In this document: positions 48,375-58,413 of the stretch, piece by piece
How positions within the stretch are numbered: the first letter of the stretch is position 1
Layout of the letters: each line of letters begins with the position of its first letter
NCBI GenBank assembly: GCA_048538235.1
Contig: JBLYPX010000001.1
Location: 392,013-456,012, forward strand
Direction of reading: 5' to 3'
Source: Candidatus Komeilibacteria bacterium
GTDB taxonomy: Bacteria; Patescibacteriota; Patescibacteriia; UBA1558
Length of the DNA: 64,000 nt
Program-made: the position numbers and the translations under genes
The notes under the pieces: generated by a model
The model's input: only the letters and a program-made list of their open reading frames with translations
The model's database searches: none
What the model was told of the DNA's origin: nothing

Positions 48375-50306
48375 TTACCTAGCAAAATACCAATCCAGTA
48401 CTTCGTCCATAATTGGTACAGCGGCAGCTGTTGCTTCAACACCATTTTCTACTATTATTGCCCAAGCTATCTCTGGATCTTCATATGGTGCAAAACCAAC
48501 AAACCAAGAATGAGGTTTAGCAGTACCACCTACTTGAGCAGTACCTGTTTTACCAGCTGCTGTATAATCTTCTGTGTAAATACGTACAGATGAACCAGAA
48601 GTAACCGCTGCTCTCATGCCTTCTTTGACAATATCTAGACTGGCTTTAGAAATATAGTTTTCATTTAAAACTTGTGGGGTTGAAATAATAACAGCACCAG
48701 ATTCTGAATCCACAATTTCTTTTACTAAATGAGGACTGAATAATGTACCACCATTTGCAATAGCTGCAATATAATTAGCCATCTGAATTGGTGTTACTAA
48801 TAAATCTCCCTGACCAATCGCAAGGTGCATTGTATCTCCAGGATACCAAGGCTCATCTCTTTCTTCCCACTTCCAATATCTATCTGGTAAAAATCCAGCA
48901 GCTTCACCCTTAATATCTACACCTGTTGTATAACTCAGACCATAGGCTTTCATATAATTAAGCATCTTATCTAATCCCAAACCTTCTCTACCATCATATT
49001 CTTCAATACCAATAATGTAGAAGAAAGTGTTAACAGATTCTGCAATAGCTTTAATTACATTTGTTTGTCCATGACCGCCAGCTTTCCAATCTGGGAAAAA
49101 CCAGATGTCATAATATATACCACCATTACTTAAAAAACTAGTATTACGATCTATTATTCCCTCTTCTAAAGCAGCAGAGGCTACTAATGGTTTAATAATT
49201 GATCCCGAAGGATACTGACCACTAATACTTCTATTAAATAATGGCCTATCTTCACCTTCAAATAATTCTTCATACTGCTCTTGATTCAAACTAGTAGAAA
49301 AAATATTGTTATCGTATTCTGGAAATGAAACCATTGAAACGATACCACCATTTTTAGGATTAATAATTACACCCGCAGCTTTATCTAAATGTTGTCTCTG
49401 TAATATCTTATTAATAGTTTCAGATAATTTAGTTTGCAAACCTGCATCAATGTATAAATGTAGATTGTCTCCTTTAATAGATTCTTGTTCTGCAAGTATT
49501 TTTGTTTCCTTTCCTAAATTATCTACCTCAATTTGTTTTTTACCCACCACTCCTCTTAATTCTTTTTCATAAGACTTTTCTATTCCTGTTTTACCAATAT
49601 AGTCTATTAATTCATAGTCCTCTGGTAAGTTTTCTGCTTCTTTTTCAGTTATTTTTCCTAGATAGCCTAAAACATGACTAAAAGTTGGCCCTTGTAAATA
49701 TTCACGCTTAGCTATTTCTACAATATGTATACCAGGCCAATTCGTTGACTGAATTCTTAAATCTACAGCATTCTCATAAGATATATTTTCAACTAAAACA
49801 GTTGGTAGATAAGAAAACTCCGGACTATCTTTTACAATATTTGTTAAATCCTCAATGCTTTTACCAGTGGTGTGAGCTATTACTTCAAGTAATACTTTTA
49901 ATTCATCCTCATCATTAGTTAAATCTGCTGGTACAAACTGAACAGAGAATGATGGTACATTTCTAACTAATTGTTGGCCATTAGCATCATAAATAATACC
50001 CCTATTTGGTAGAATCCTTTGCAATCTAATACGATTACCCTCAGCTAAGCCTCTAAACTCATCACCTTTAATAATTTGTAAGTAGAATATTCTTAAACCT
50101 AGGGTAAAAAATGCTAAGAATAATAGCAACAGAGCTATTCTAATATAGTAGCTTTCAATAACTGGTCCCATCTGAACAGAAGTGTTATCGTCTGTCATTA
50201 CAAAACCATCCCCAGATGAAAATCTATTATCTGAACCCACTTTTCTATCTTTAATTTTGCCACCCTTTATTTGAACTGCAAAAGGGTCATTAATATCTCC
50301 TGCCAT
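48375..50306 (-). CDS. mrdA: penicillin-binding protein 2 (peptidoglycan D,D-transpeptidase MrdA)
   Basis: N-terminal TM, PBP dimerisation domain, transpeptidase motifs SGSIIKP (SxxK), SxN region and KTGT. Confidence 0.85.
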   Translation of the reverse strand: MAGDINDPFAVQIKGGKIKDRKVGSDNRFSSGDGFVMTDDNTSVQMGPVIESYYIRIALLLLFLAFFTLGLRIFYLQIIKGDEFRGLAEGNRIRLQRILPNRGIIYDANGQQLVRNVPSFSVQFVPADLTNDEDELKVLLEVIAHTTGKSIEDLTNIVKDSPEFSYLPTVLVENISYENAVDLRIQSTNWPGIHIVEIAKREYLQGPTFSHVLGYLGKITEKEAENLPEDYELIDYIGKTGIEKSYEKELRGVVGKKQIEVDNLGKETKILAEQESIKGDNLHLYIDAGLQTKLSETINKILQRQHLDKAAGVIINPKNGGIVSMVSFPEYDNNIFSTSLNQEQYEELFEGEDRPLFNRSISGQYPSGSIIKPLVASAALEEGIIDRNTSFLSNGGIYYDIWFFPDWKAGGHGQTNVIKAIAESVNTFFYIIGIEEYDGREGLGLDKMLNYMKAYGLSYTTGVDIKGEAAGFLPDRYWKWEERDEPWYPGDTMHLAIGQGDLLVTPIQMANYIAAIANGGTLFSPHLVKEIVDSESGAVIISTPQVLNENYISKASLDIVKEGMRAAVTSGSSVRIYTEDYTAAGKTGTAQVGGTAKPHSWFVGFAPYEDPEIAWAIIVENGVEATAAAVPIMDEVLDWYFAR

Positions 50307-50799
50307 TTATATAATATACATATGATTTATATAGACCAAAAATAATAGCTAGGGATAAAATATTTAAAATAATAAACATTAAAATATTTTCCCAAGATAA
50401 AACAATTGGTGATTGCCAACGCCAAATAATTCCTAATGAATGATTAATAATGAATACACTTATTAAATAAGTAAGAATGCCAACTATTCCACTTAATAGT
50501 AAGCTAAACATATTATGTAAGGCTAAATGATGACGATGTACTACATTTAAACTTAAAGTAACAATAGTTAAAGTTAATAACTGCATACCAAAACTTAGAG
50601 TCATAACATCTAGCATAAACCCAGCCAGAATAACAACTAACCATAAATTTCTTTTATTAAAAAAGGACATGAAAATTACACACCACAAAACAGGGTGCAA
50701 ACTAGCACCCCATATGCCCCAGGCTGTAAAAAAAGATGTTTGTACAACAACTAGCAGCCAGACGCTAATTACTAATATGCTGTAATATAGCCACTTCAT
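50290..50799 (-). CDS. mreD: rod shape-determining protein MreD
   Basis: 169 aa, 5-6 TM helices, between mreC and mrdA. Confidence 0.7.
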   Translation of the reverse strand: MKWLYYSILVISVWLLVVVQTSFFTAWGIWGASLHPVLWCVIFMSFFNKRNLWLVVILAGFMLDVMTLSFGMQLLTLTIVTLSLNVVHRHHLALHNMFSLLLSGIVGILTYLISVFIINHSLGIIWRWQSPIVLSWENILMFIILNILSLAIIFGLYKSYVYYINGRRY

Positions 50800-51593
50800 T
50801 ATTGAGATAAAACAACTGTTAAAATTCTTAGTTGCCTATAATCTATACTAGGAACAACTTCTGCTTTTTGGTAAAGCTCTGTATCTCCAGATAAAATATT
50901 TGCAATCTTACCTATTAAATAGTTTTGACCAATCATGTCTTCCAAACCAGATGTAAATACTAAATCATCCATATTAATAGCTTCCTCTGGCGGAATTAAA
51001 TCCATTAAAAGTCCTAAGCCCATACTTCCCTGCACCACTCCTTGTGTATGAGTATTATTGTTCAATGTAACAGCAACTGTTGAACTACTATTGGAAAGCA
51101 GTGCTACTGAGGCCTGATGTTTTTCAACTGCAAATATTTTTCCAACAAGTACTCCTTGTTCAGCTAGTACTGGTTGTCCAACTTTAATACCATCATCTGA
51201 TCCTCTGTTGATAATAAACAAATCATTTTGTAATAATGGCTTACTAATAATCTGCGTTACTAAAACATCTTCCTGTTCTCTTTTTACAAAATCTAATTCA
51301 GATCTTAAATATTCATTCTCTCTTCTTAATTCTGCTAATTCCATTTGATCAACATCTTTGGTAATTAACAAACTCTGCAAATCTTCATTCTCTGATCCTA
51401 AATTATTACACTGTGTGTAATTGTAAAAAAAACTATAACTTGAAGATCCTAAATTGTAGAATGTTTTTTGAACAGGTGTTAAAAAATTAACAATGGGTCT
51501 TTCAATCCATTGTAATAAATTAATGTAATGTAATATTAACAATATTATTACAATACCAATAATTAATATTGTTTTAGAAACATTTTTTAACAT
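50799..51593 (-). CDS. mreC: rod shape-determining protein MreC
   Basis: N-terminal TM, coiled coil (LRRENEYLRSELDF), C-terminal beta domain. Confidence 0.8.
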   Translation of the reverse strand: MLKNVSKTILIIGIVIILLILHYINLLQWIERPIVNFLTPVQKTFYNLGSSSYSFFYNYTQCNNLGSENEDLQSLLITKDVDQMELAELRRENEYLRSELDFVKREQEDVLVTQIISKPLLQNDLFIINRGSDDGIKVGQPVLAEQGVLVGKIFAVEKHQASVALLSNSSSTVAVTLNNNTHTQGVVQGSMGLGLLMDLIPPEEAINMDDLVFTSGLEDMIGQNYLIGKIANILSGDTELYQKAEVVPSIDYRQLRILTVVLSQ

Positions 51594-51594
51594 A

Positions 51595-52644
51595 TTAATC
51601 TATCATATCACCAGCTGATGGTAATAATATATCTTTTAAGTTATTAAAATCTTCCATTATTAAACCTGTTCCTCTAACAACAGCTGTTAAAGGATCATCA
51701 GTGACTTTAACTGGTATTTTTAATTCTTTAGCAATTAGTTTATCTAAACCGCCAAGGAGTGCTCCACCACCAGACAAAATAATACCTTTCTGGTAAATCT
51801 CAGCTACAAGTTCAGGCGGAGTTTTTTCCAAGGTATCTCTAATGTGTTCAATTAACTCACGAATATCTCCAATAATGGCTTCTTTAACCTGAGCAGATGA
51901 AACATCTACTTCACGCGGAAGTCCAGTATACAAATCTCTACCACGAACCTTTAATTCTTTAGTAGCACCTTCTAAATATACATTACCCAAATTCTTCTTA
52001 ATTTCTTCAGCTGTTCTTTCACCTAATAGCAGATTAAAATTCTCTCTAATATATTGAATAATATTTTGATCTAGTTTTAAACCACCATATTTTAATGATG
52101 TGAAAGTAACAATACCTCCCAAAGAAATAACTGCCACTTCAGTAGTGCCGCCTCCCAATTGTACAATCATATTACCAACTGGTTCTTGGATAGGCATACG
52201 AGCACCAATAGCAGCTGCCATTGGTTGTTCAACTAAATACACCTCAGAAGCACCTGCTCCTAAAGTAGCATCTTCTACTGCCTTTCTTTCTACCTCAGTA
52301 ACATCTAGTGGTATACCAATAATAACTCTTGGTCTGGGGAGTAAAGATGTACTTTCTCTGTGTACTCTATCTATAAAATGTTTAATCATTTTCTCAGTAA
52401 CTTCAAAGTCTGAAATAATACCAGCAATGATAGGTCTAGTAACAGAAATATATGCTGGTGCTTTACCAATCATACGTTGTGCTTCATCACCCACAGCTAA
52501 TATCTGATCTGTTCTATTATTTAAAGCAACAATAGACGGTTCATTGATGATTAAACCTTTATCTTTAACATAAACCAAAGTATTGGTAGTACCTAGGTCT
52601 ATACCCATGTCTTTAGATAATTGTCTAAATAATCTTCTAAGCAT
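51595..52644 (-). CDS. mreB: rod shape-determining protein MreB
   Basis: [47 protein letters not shown]. Confidence 0.85.
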   Translation of the reverse strand: MLRRLFRQLSKDMGIDLGTTNTLVYVKDKGLIINEPSIVALNNRTDQILAVGDEAQRMIGKAPAYISVTRPIIAGIISDFEVTEKMIKHFIDRVHRESTSLLPRPRVIIGIPLDVTEVERKAVEDATLGAGASEVYLVEQPMAAAIGARMPIQEPVGNMIVQLGGGTTEVAVISLGGIVTFTSLKYGGLKLDQNIIQYIRENFNLLLGERTAEEIKKNLGNVYLEGATKELKVRGRDLYTGLPREVDVSSAQVKEAIIGDIRELIEHIRDTLEKTPPELVAEIYQKGIILSGGGALLGGLDKLIAKELKIPVKVTDDPLTAVVRGTGLIMEDFNNLKDILLPSAGDMID

Positions 52645-53884
52645 AATATTCTTTTACAAGTTTAATTACATCCTCCACTGCCACTTTTCTAACTTCGTCT
52701 GAGCTTCTTTCCTTGTACTCAATTAAACCATTTGTTTTATTACTTACAACTAATCTAATTGGAATACCTATTAAATCTGCTTCCTTTAACTTCATACCAA
52801 CAGATTCATCTCTATCGTCATACAAAACATCTATACCACTATCCTTTAATTTTTTGTAAACATCTTCTGCATCTTTTAATACTTTTTTATCTGTGCCTAA
52901 AGATAATAGATGAATTTGGAATGGAGCAATATTCTTTGGCCAAATAATTCCATCTTTATCGTGAGATATTTCTACAATAGCTCCCATTGCCCGAGATACT
53001 CCAAAACCATAACAACCCATATATACATTATCTTGCTTACCTTCTGCATTAGTGAATAGTAAATTCATACTCTTTGAGTACTTCTGGTTTAACTTAAAAA
53101 TATTACCAACTTCTATACCTTTACTCATCATTACCACACCATCCTTACAAGCTGGACATTTAGCACCTTTTTTAACCTTAGCAATCTCTTTATTCTGAGC
53201 CCAACCACAATCACAATGAAAAATAGTGTCTTCACCTGATGCTGTTAATGTTTGAAACTCATGTGAAAAATCCTTAGAAAAAGAACCGCCTGATGCTTCT
53301 ACTGCAATTACTGGCATACCTAATCTATCATACATATTTAAGTAAGCTTTTTTAACTTTCTCATAATATGCCCTTAAATCTTCTACATCTGTATGAAAGC
53401 TATACAAATCCTTCATTGAGAACTCTCTACCTCTTAATAGTCCATTTTTAGCTCTAGGCTCGTTTCTAAACTTATCTTGTATCTGGAATAGAGCAAAAGG
53501 TAAATCTTTGTATGAGTTAACCCTAGTTCTAGCAATAGCTACTACATTTTCCTCATGAGTTGGCCCTAAACACATATCTGCTCCACCTCTGCCTTTAAAT
53601 TGAAAAAGTATGTCTTTTATCTCATCCCAGCGACCAGTTTCAGACCATAAAGATTTAGGTTGCAAAGCTGGCATTAAAACTTCATCACCACCAACTTTAA
53701 CCATTTCTTCTCTAACAATATTCTTAATTTTAGATAATACTCTAACGCCTAATGGTAAGTATGTATATACTCCAGCCATTAACTTATCTATATACCCAGC
53801 GCGAATCAATAGTTGTGCATTAATAGCAACTTCATCAGCTGGCACCTCCTTTACTGTTTTAATAAAATACTCGGATTGTTTCAT
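52637..53884 (-). CDS. proS: proline--tRNA ligase (short form with Cys4 insertion in place of the INS editing domain)
   Basis: Class II motifs (FRNEPRAKNGLLRGREFSMKDLYSFH, GCYGFGVSRAMGAIVE). CDCGW...CPACKDG zinc-ribbon between motifs 2 and 3. 415 aa. Confidence 0.85.
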   Translation of the reverse strand: MKQSEYFIKTVKEVPADEVAINAQLLIRAGYIDKLMAGVYTYLPLGVRVLSKIKNIVREEMVKVGGDEVLMPALQPKSLWSETGRWDEIKDILFQFKGRGGADMCLGPTHEENVVAIARTRVNSYKDLPFALFQIQDKFRNEPRAKNGLLRGREFSMKDLYSFHTDVEDLRAYYEKVKKAYLNMYDRLGMPVIAVEASGGSFSKDFSHEFQTLTASGEDTIFHCDCGWAQNKEIAKVKKGAKCPACKDGVVMMSKGIEVGNIFKLNQKYSKSMNLLFTNAEGKQDNVYMGCYGFGVSRAMGAIVEISHDKDGIIWPKNIAPFQIHLLSLGTDKKVLKDAEDVYKKLKDSGIDVLYDDRDESVGMKLKEADLIGIPIRLVVSNKTNGLIEYKERSSDEVRKVAVEDVIKLVKEYYA

Positions 53885-53894
53885 ATATATAATC

Positions 53895-54191
53895 TTAATT
53901 ATTTATTTTACTAGCAAATATTTCCTGTAAGCGATTACCCTCCTTAATTACTAAATCACTATCATATTCACCAGCGTGAGCGGTTACACCTTCATGCACC
54001 CCTGCTCTTTGATCAAGGTGTACATTAAACTCAATCATTCCATCCCTTTCATTCTTCATGTACACGTGAAATCTCGGATAAAAATCTCTACTTAAACGTT
54101 TAACAAAACTATCTCTGTGCATATGGTAACCAGCATCCTGTAATATTCTTTCCCACGGATATTGTAAATTGTTACTTACTTTAAAATTCAT
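53895..54191 (-). CDS. small His-rich hypothetical protein (98 aa)
   Basis: ORF between proS and rseP. Seven His residues (HMH, HVY, HLD, HEGVTAH). No family recognised. Confidence 0.45.
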   Translation of the reverse strand: MNFKVSNNLQYPWERILQDAGYHMHRDSFVKRLSRDFYPRFHVYMKNERDGMIEFNVHLDQRAGVHEGVTAHAGEYDSDLVIKEGNRLQEIFASKINN

Positions 54192-55291
54192 TAACTAAAT
54201 AACCTTCCCACAGCACCCATTATTTGAGTACTGTATTTAGCTATATCTTTGTATGTTATTACAAAGATTAAAATTAATAGAATGATAAAACCAATATTAT
54301 GTACAGCTGTTTCAATTTTCTCATCATTTGGCCTACGTCTTAGCTTTTCTATACCAACAAATAATAGTCTACCTCCATCCAGTGCAGGAAATGGTAGAAT
54401 ATTGATCACAGCAAGGTTTAAGGAAAATAAAGCTGTAAATTGTAATAGATGAGCTATTCCAAGTCTAGCCATTTGACCAGTAATAACAGCTACTCCAACT
54501 GGGCCAGCTACTTCTAATGATGAACCTGTACCCATTATTAAACCTTTAAGTAATGTATAGAAAGCAACAACAATCTGAACTAATATATACCAGGTTGCTT
54601 TAAAGGCATTTATTATTGATTGCCACCATGTATATCTGACCAGGCCAGTATCTGCTAAATAGACACCTAGTACTTTAGGTTCTATATCTGTTAAATCTGC
54701 TATTACAGTAAAATCACCGTCTAAACGAGCAATCTCCATATTCAATACTCCATCTTCATCATCTCTAATATATTCAGTCATAGCAACTGTGGAAGCAAAA
54801 GTTTGACCGTCTATACTAACAATTTCATCACCTGTTTTTAAATCTAATAGCGCAGCAGGTGTATTTGGACTTACTTCTACAATTTGTATTTTTCTTTCAG
54901 CCACAAGTGCGCCAGCCATATCTTCTTCCACAACTGATGGTAAACCGATCATAAAACCAATACTAAGCAGTACTATTGCTAGCACTATATTCATAAATAC
55001 GCCAGCAGATAATATGATTGATCTTTTCCAAGCAGCTTGATGACTAAAACTATCTTCATCTTCTTTATTCTCTCCGCCTTCACCTTTTATTTTTACAAAA
55101 CCACCAAGTGGAATCCAATTAAGAGAATATACAGTATCCCCTTTCTTCTTACTCCAAACCTTTGGAGGAAAACCTAATCCGAACTCTTCAACTTTAACAC
55201 CAAAGATACGAGCGGCTGTAAAATGTCCTAGCTCATGAACTAAAACAATAACAGCTAATACTATTATGAATGTAATTATTGTTAAAAGCAT
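54191..55291 (-). CDS. rseP: RIP zinc metalloprotease RseP (site-2 protease) with PDZ domain
   Basis: HELGHF HExxH motif in TM1, central PDZ, C-terminal LDGG motif (FPALDGGRLL). Confidence 0.8.
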   Translation of the reverse strand: MLLTIITFIIVLAVIVLVHELGHFTAARIFGVKVEEFGLGFPPKVWSKKKGDTVYSLNWIPLGGFVKIKGEGGENKEDEDSFSHQAAWKRSIILSAGVFMNIVLAIVLLSIGFMIGLPSVVEEDMAGALVAERKIQIVEVSPNTPAALLDLKTGDEIVSIDGQTFASTVAMTEYIRDDEDGVLNMEIARLDGDFTVIADLTDIEPKVLGVYLADTGLVRYTWWQSIINAFKATWYILVQIVVAFYTLLKGLIMGTGSSLEVAGPVGVAVITGQMARLGIAHLLQFTALFSLNLAVINILPFPALDGGRLLFVGIEKLRRRPNDEKIETAVHNIGFIILLILIFVITYKDIAKYSTQIMGAVGRLFS

Positions 55292-55848
55292 TAGATTGAC
55301 ATTATTTCCTTTTCTTTGCCATCTGCTAAATCTTTAATCTTGTCATTTGTATCCTTAGTCAACTTATCTATACTATCAAAACGAGTATATTTCTCATCTT
55401 CGGATATCTCTTTATTCTTAGCATCCTCTGTAGCTTTTTCTCTTGCTTTATCCCTATTACCTCTTACTTTTATTCTGGCTTGTTCAGCTTTTTCTTTAAT
55501 CTTTTTTACAAGCTCTAATCTTCTCTCTTCTGTAATAGATGAAAATCTTAGAATAATCATATCATCATCCATACTAACAGAAGCACCAAGATCTGAATTA
55601 GATAATGCTTTGTTTATTTCTTTAGCATTGTTTTTATCCCAAGGTTTAACCATTAAAACATTAGGTTCTGGAGCTGTAACAGATGCTAATTGTAATAGTG
55701 GCATTTGTACACCATAACTTTCAATATTCACATTCTCTACTAAAGAAGGTGTAGCTCTGCCTGTTTTAATGTTCTTAAACTCTCCTTGTAAGTATTCTAT
55801 AACTTTATTGTTTTGCTGAGTTATATCAGCTAAATATTCTTCTGACAT
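55291..55848 (-). CDS. frr: ribosome recycling factor
   Basis: 185 aa. Typical RRF arm and helical bundle (GRATPSLVENVNIESYGV...ILRFS). Confidence 0.85.
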   Translation of the reverse strand: MSEEYLADITQQNNKVIEYLQGEFKNIKTGRATPSLVENVNIESYGVQMPLLQLASVTAPEPNVLMVKPWDKNNAKEINKALSNSDLGASVSMDDDMIILRFSSITEERRLELVKKIKEKAEQARIKVRGNRDKAREKATEDAKNKEISEDEKYTRFDSIDKLTKDTNDKIKDLADGKEKEIMSI

Positions 55849-55857
55849 ATTATTTAA

Positions 55858-56910
55858 TTATTTTATTGTATTAGCAGCGCCACCATAGATAACGCTATTA
55901 TTAGTTGGTGAAATTAACAAATCATCTAAGACCTTACTAGTTGGCATACTAGTTGTTGACCAATTATCTCCTCCATCAACAGATTTGTAGATTGTATCAT
56001 GTGAAGTGTAATAGATAATATTACTATCCAATGCAGATACAGCCAGTCCATAAATATATACAGACCTAGGCGGTGTTAAAAGATTTAACAACTCCCAACT
56101 TGATCCCCCATCATATGATTTAGCAATACTGTATTCATTAGCATAGATTAAACTATTATCTAATTCTGAAATAACTAATTTGTGGAAATTAGCAAAGCCT
56201 GCATACTTTTTATGTAAACTTTCTGTAATGGATGTAAAAGAAGCACCCCTGTCTGTTGATTTGAATATTCCCTTATCTGTTAAGCCTACGTAAATAGTAT
56301 TAAAATTACTTGGCGCAATAATAATATCTGCAATTCCTGCATCAAAAAAATGCATTGCTTGCCATGAATTACCAGCATCTAATGACTTATACATAGCGCC
56401 CATATTAGAACCAGCGTATAGTATTGGACTATCACTATCATCAACTGCTAAACGGTTTAAAACCTCGTCATTTCTTGTTTCTAAAAGTACTGGTTGCCAA
56501 GTTCTAGCACAATCGTGAGTTCTATATAATTGTTTACCAGTTGCTGCAAAAACATAACATTTATTATATGGATGTACAGCTACGTCATAAATAGTACCAA
56601 CACCTGTTAAAGTTTGTGTCCAACTACGACCGCTATCTAAAGTGAAAAATATACCGTTCTTTAATGTACCAGCATAAATAGTTGAACTAACTTGTGGATC
56701 AAAGGTCATATTAATAATATCTGTTCCTAAAAACGATGCATTCTCCTCTGTAGATAATAGCCTTGAAATGTTTGCCCAATTAACACCAGCATCTTCAGAA
56801 ACAAAAACACCACCTTGTCTACCAACAGGTGAAGTTCCTACCTTAACAATACAACCTGTACTAAATACAGCTACAAGCATTATTAAAGAAATTAATTGAA
56901 TTTTCTTCAT
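55858..56910 (-). CDS. lipoprotein with BNR/Asp-box repeats (Ycf48-like beta-propeller)
   Basis: Lipobox (VFSTGC). Repeated SxDxGxxW motifs (SGRSWTQT, DAGNSWQA, TDRGASF, YDGGSSWE, VDGGDNWS). Confidence 0.65.
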   Translation of the reverse strand: MKKIQLISLIMLVAVFSTGCIVKVGTSPVGRQGGVFVSEDAGVNWANISRLLSTEENASFLGTDIINMTFDPQVSSTIYAGTLKNGIFFTLDSGRSWTQTLTGVGTIYDVAVHPYNKCYVFAATGKQLYRTHDCARTWQPVLLETRNDEVLNRLAVDDSDSPILYAGSNMGAMYKSLDAGNSWQAMHFFDAGIADIIIAPSNFNTIYVGLTDKGIFKSTDRGASFTSITESLHKKYAGFANFHKLVISELDNSLIYANEYSIAKSYDGGSSWELLNLLTPPRSVYIYGLAVSALDSNIIYYTSHDTIYKSVDGGDNWSTTSMPTSKVLDDLLISPTNNSVIYGGAANTIK

Positions 56911-56914
56911 ATAT

Positions 56915-57973
56915 TTAAATACTTAATAATATATCTTCAGTGAATAATAATGGACTAGCGTTTTGTTTTATCTTATCTTTCCAAATATATACCTTGTCAA
57001 TAATATTAATAATATCTTGTTGATCTAAACTATTAGCTACTTTTTTCAACTCATCATCTACAAACTCTAATCTATACCAATTATCTGAACTCTCTTTATG
57101 TAGCAATAATTCTCTAGCTATTAATAATATATTATCCATTATTTTATCTGCTATTCTTTGTGAAGCAACAAAGTCTTTCTTTTGAAAGATATTCTGCAAA
57201 TATGCTAATTTATCGTGCGCTGGCTTAATCATTAAATCTAATATTTCCTTAACTGTATTTTGTGTTTCTTCCAATAGACTATCATTATTTAAATAATTAA
57301 TAGCCTTACCTGGTAAACCAAAAGATAATTTAGCAATATTTTTAATATTTCTATGATCTGGACTCGCCTTTTGTAAATAATCATAGATAGTTTCATCTGA
57401 AACAAGGCTAAACTTCAAAACCTGACTTCTTGAAACAATTGTTGGTAATAATAGATTAATATCATCTGTTATTAAGATAATAATAGTATTACCAGTAGGT
57501 TCTTCAATAGTTTTCAATAATGCATTAGCAGCTTCAATAGATAAATGTTCAGCTCCTACTATTACTCCAACTTTATACTTTGTTAAAAATGATTTGTGTT
57601 GTAATTGTCTTTGCCAATCTCTAACCTGCTCAATAGAAATATTCTTTTTATCTTCCTGTAGTTCTAAACGATAATAATCTGGGTGCATACCCTTAATTAA
57701 ATGCTTACAAGACTGACAATTTCCACAAGGAATAGATTCCTCACCATTTTCAATATACTGTTCGCATAATAAAGTTTGAATAAATTTATTAGCTACTGTT
57801 TTCTTTCCTAATGATTTAGGGCCTGCTAATAAATAAGCATGTGCGAATTTATGCGCCTTTAAACTAACACTAAGATAGGAAATTATATTATCGTGTCCAA
57901 TAATCCCCCATTTGTTGGTATCTATTTCTGTCATAACTTGTGCTAATATAACACAAAAACATTGATCTGACAA
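56915..57973 (-). CDS. holB: DNA polymerase III subunit delta prime
   Basis: AAA+ clamp-loader fold. Walker A-like GPKSLGKKT, zinc module CGNCQSCKH, SRS-like sensor (TIVSRSQVL). Confidence 0.8.
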   Translation of the reverse strand: MSDQCFCVILAQVMTEIDTNKWGIIGHDNIISYLSVSLKAHKFAHAYLLAGPKSLGKKTVANKFIQTLLCEQYIENGEESIPCGNCQSCKHLIKGMHPDYYRLELQEDKKNISIEQVRDWQRQLQHKSFLTKYKVGVIVGAEHLSIEAANALLKTIEEPTGNTIIILITDDINLLLPTIVSRSQVLKFSLVSDETIYDYLQKASPDHRNIKNIAKLSFGLPGKAINYLNNDSLLEETQNTVKEILDLMIKPAHDKLAYLQNIFQKKDFVASQRIADKIMDNILLIARELLLHKESSDNWYRLEFVDDELKKVANSLDQQDIINIIDKVYIWKDKIKQNASPLLFTEDILLSI

Positions 57974-57992
57974 TGTTTTTGTTTTACTTAAA

Positions 57993-58409
57993 TTAAGCTA
58001 ATTTTTGCTTATCCAGTGCCTTATTTACTTCAGCGTCTGCTTCCTTATTTAAAGACCTAACAATGTGTTCAAAATTTATCTTTTTAAACCCTAAGGTTAT
58101 ATTCCATGCCTTCACAAATAGACTAGCTAGCTCTTTATTCTTTACCTTATAATTTCCTTTTAACTGATTAATAATTAATTCACTGTCCATATATACAGAA
58201 ACCTCTTCTGCTTTTAATTCAACTACTTTTTTAAGACCTAATATTAATCCCTGATACTCTGCTTGGTTATTTGTAGTCTCACCTAGATATTTACCATCTC
58301 TAGCAATTATCTCACCATCGTCTGTTTTAATAACATATCCACCAGCAGCAGGTCCAGGATTACCCCTAGCTCCTCCATCTGTATACAAATTTAAATGTTT
58401 ATACTCCAT
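57993..58409 (-). CDS. rnhA: ribonuclease HI
   Basis: LYTDGGARGNPGPAAGGYVI, carboxylate residues D/E/D/D, TNNQAEYQGLILGL. Confidence 0.85.
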   Translation of the reverse strand: MEYKHLNLYTDGGARGNPGPAAGGYVIKTDDGEIIARDGKYLGETTNNQAEYQGLILGLKKVVELKAEEVSVYMDSELIINQLKGNYKVKNKELASLFVKAWNITLGFKKINFEHIVRSLNKEADAEVNKALDKQKLA

Positions 58410-58413
58410 ATTT

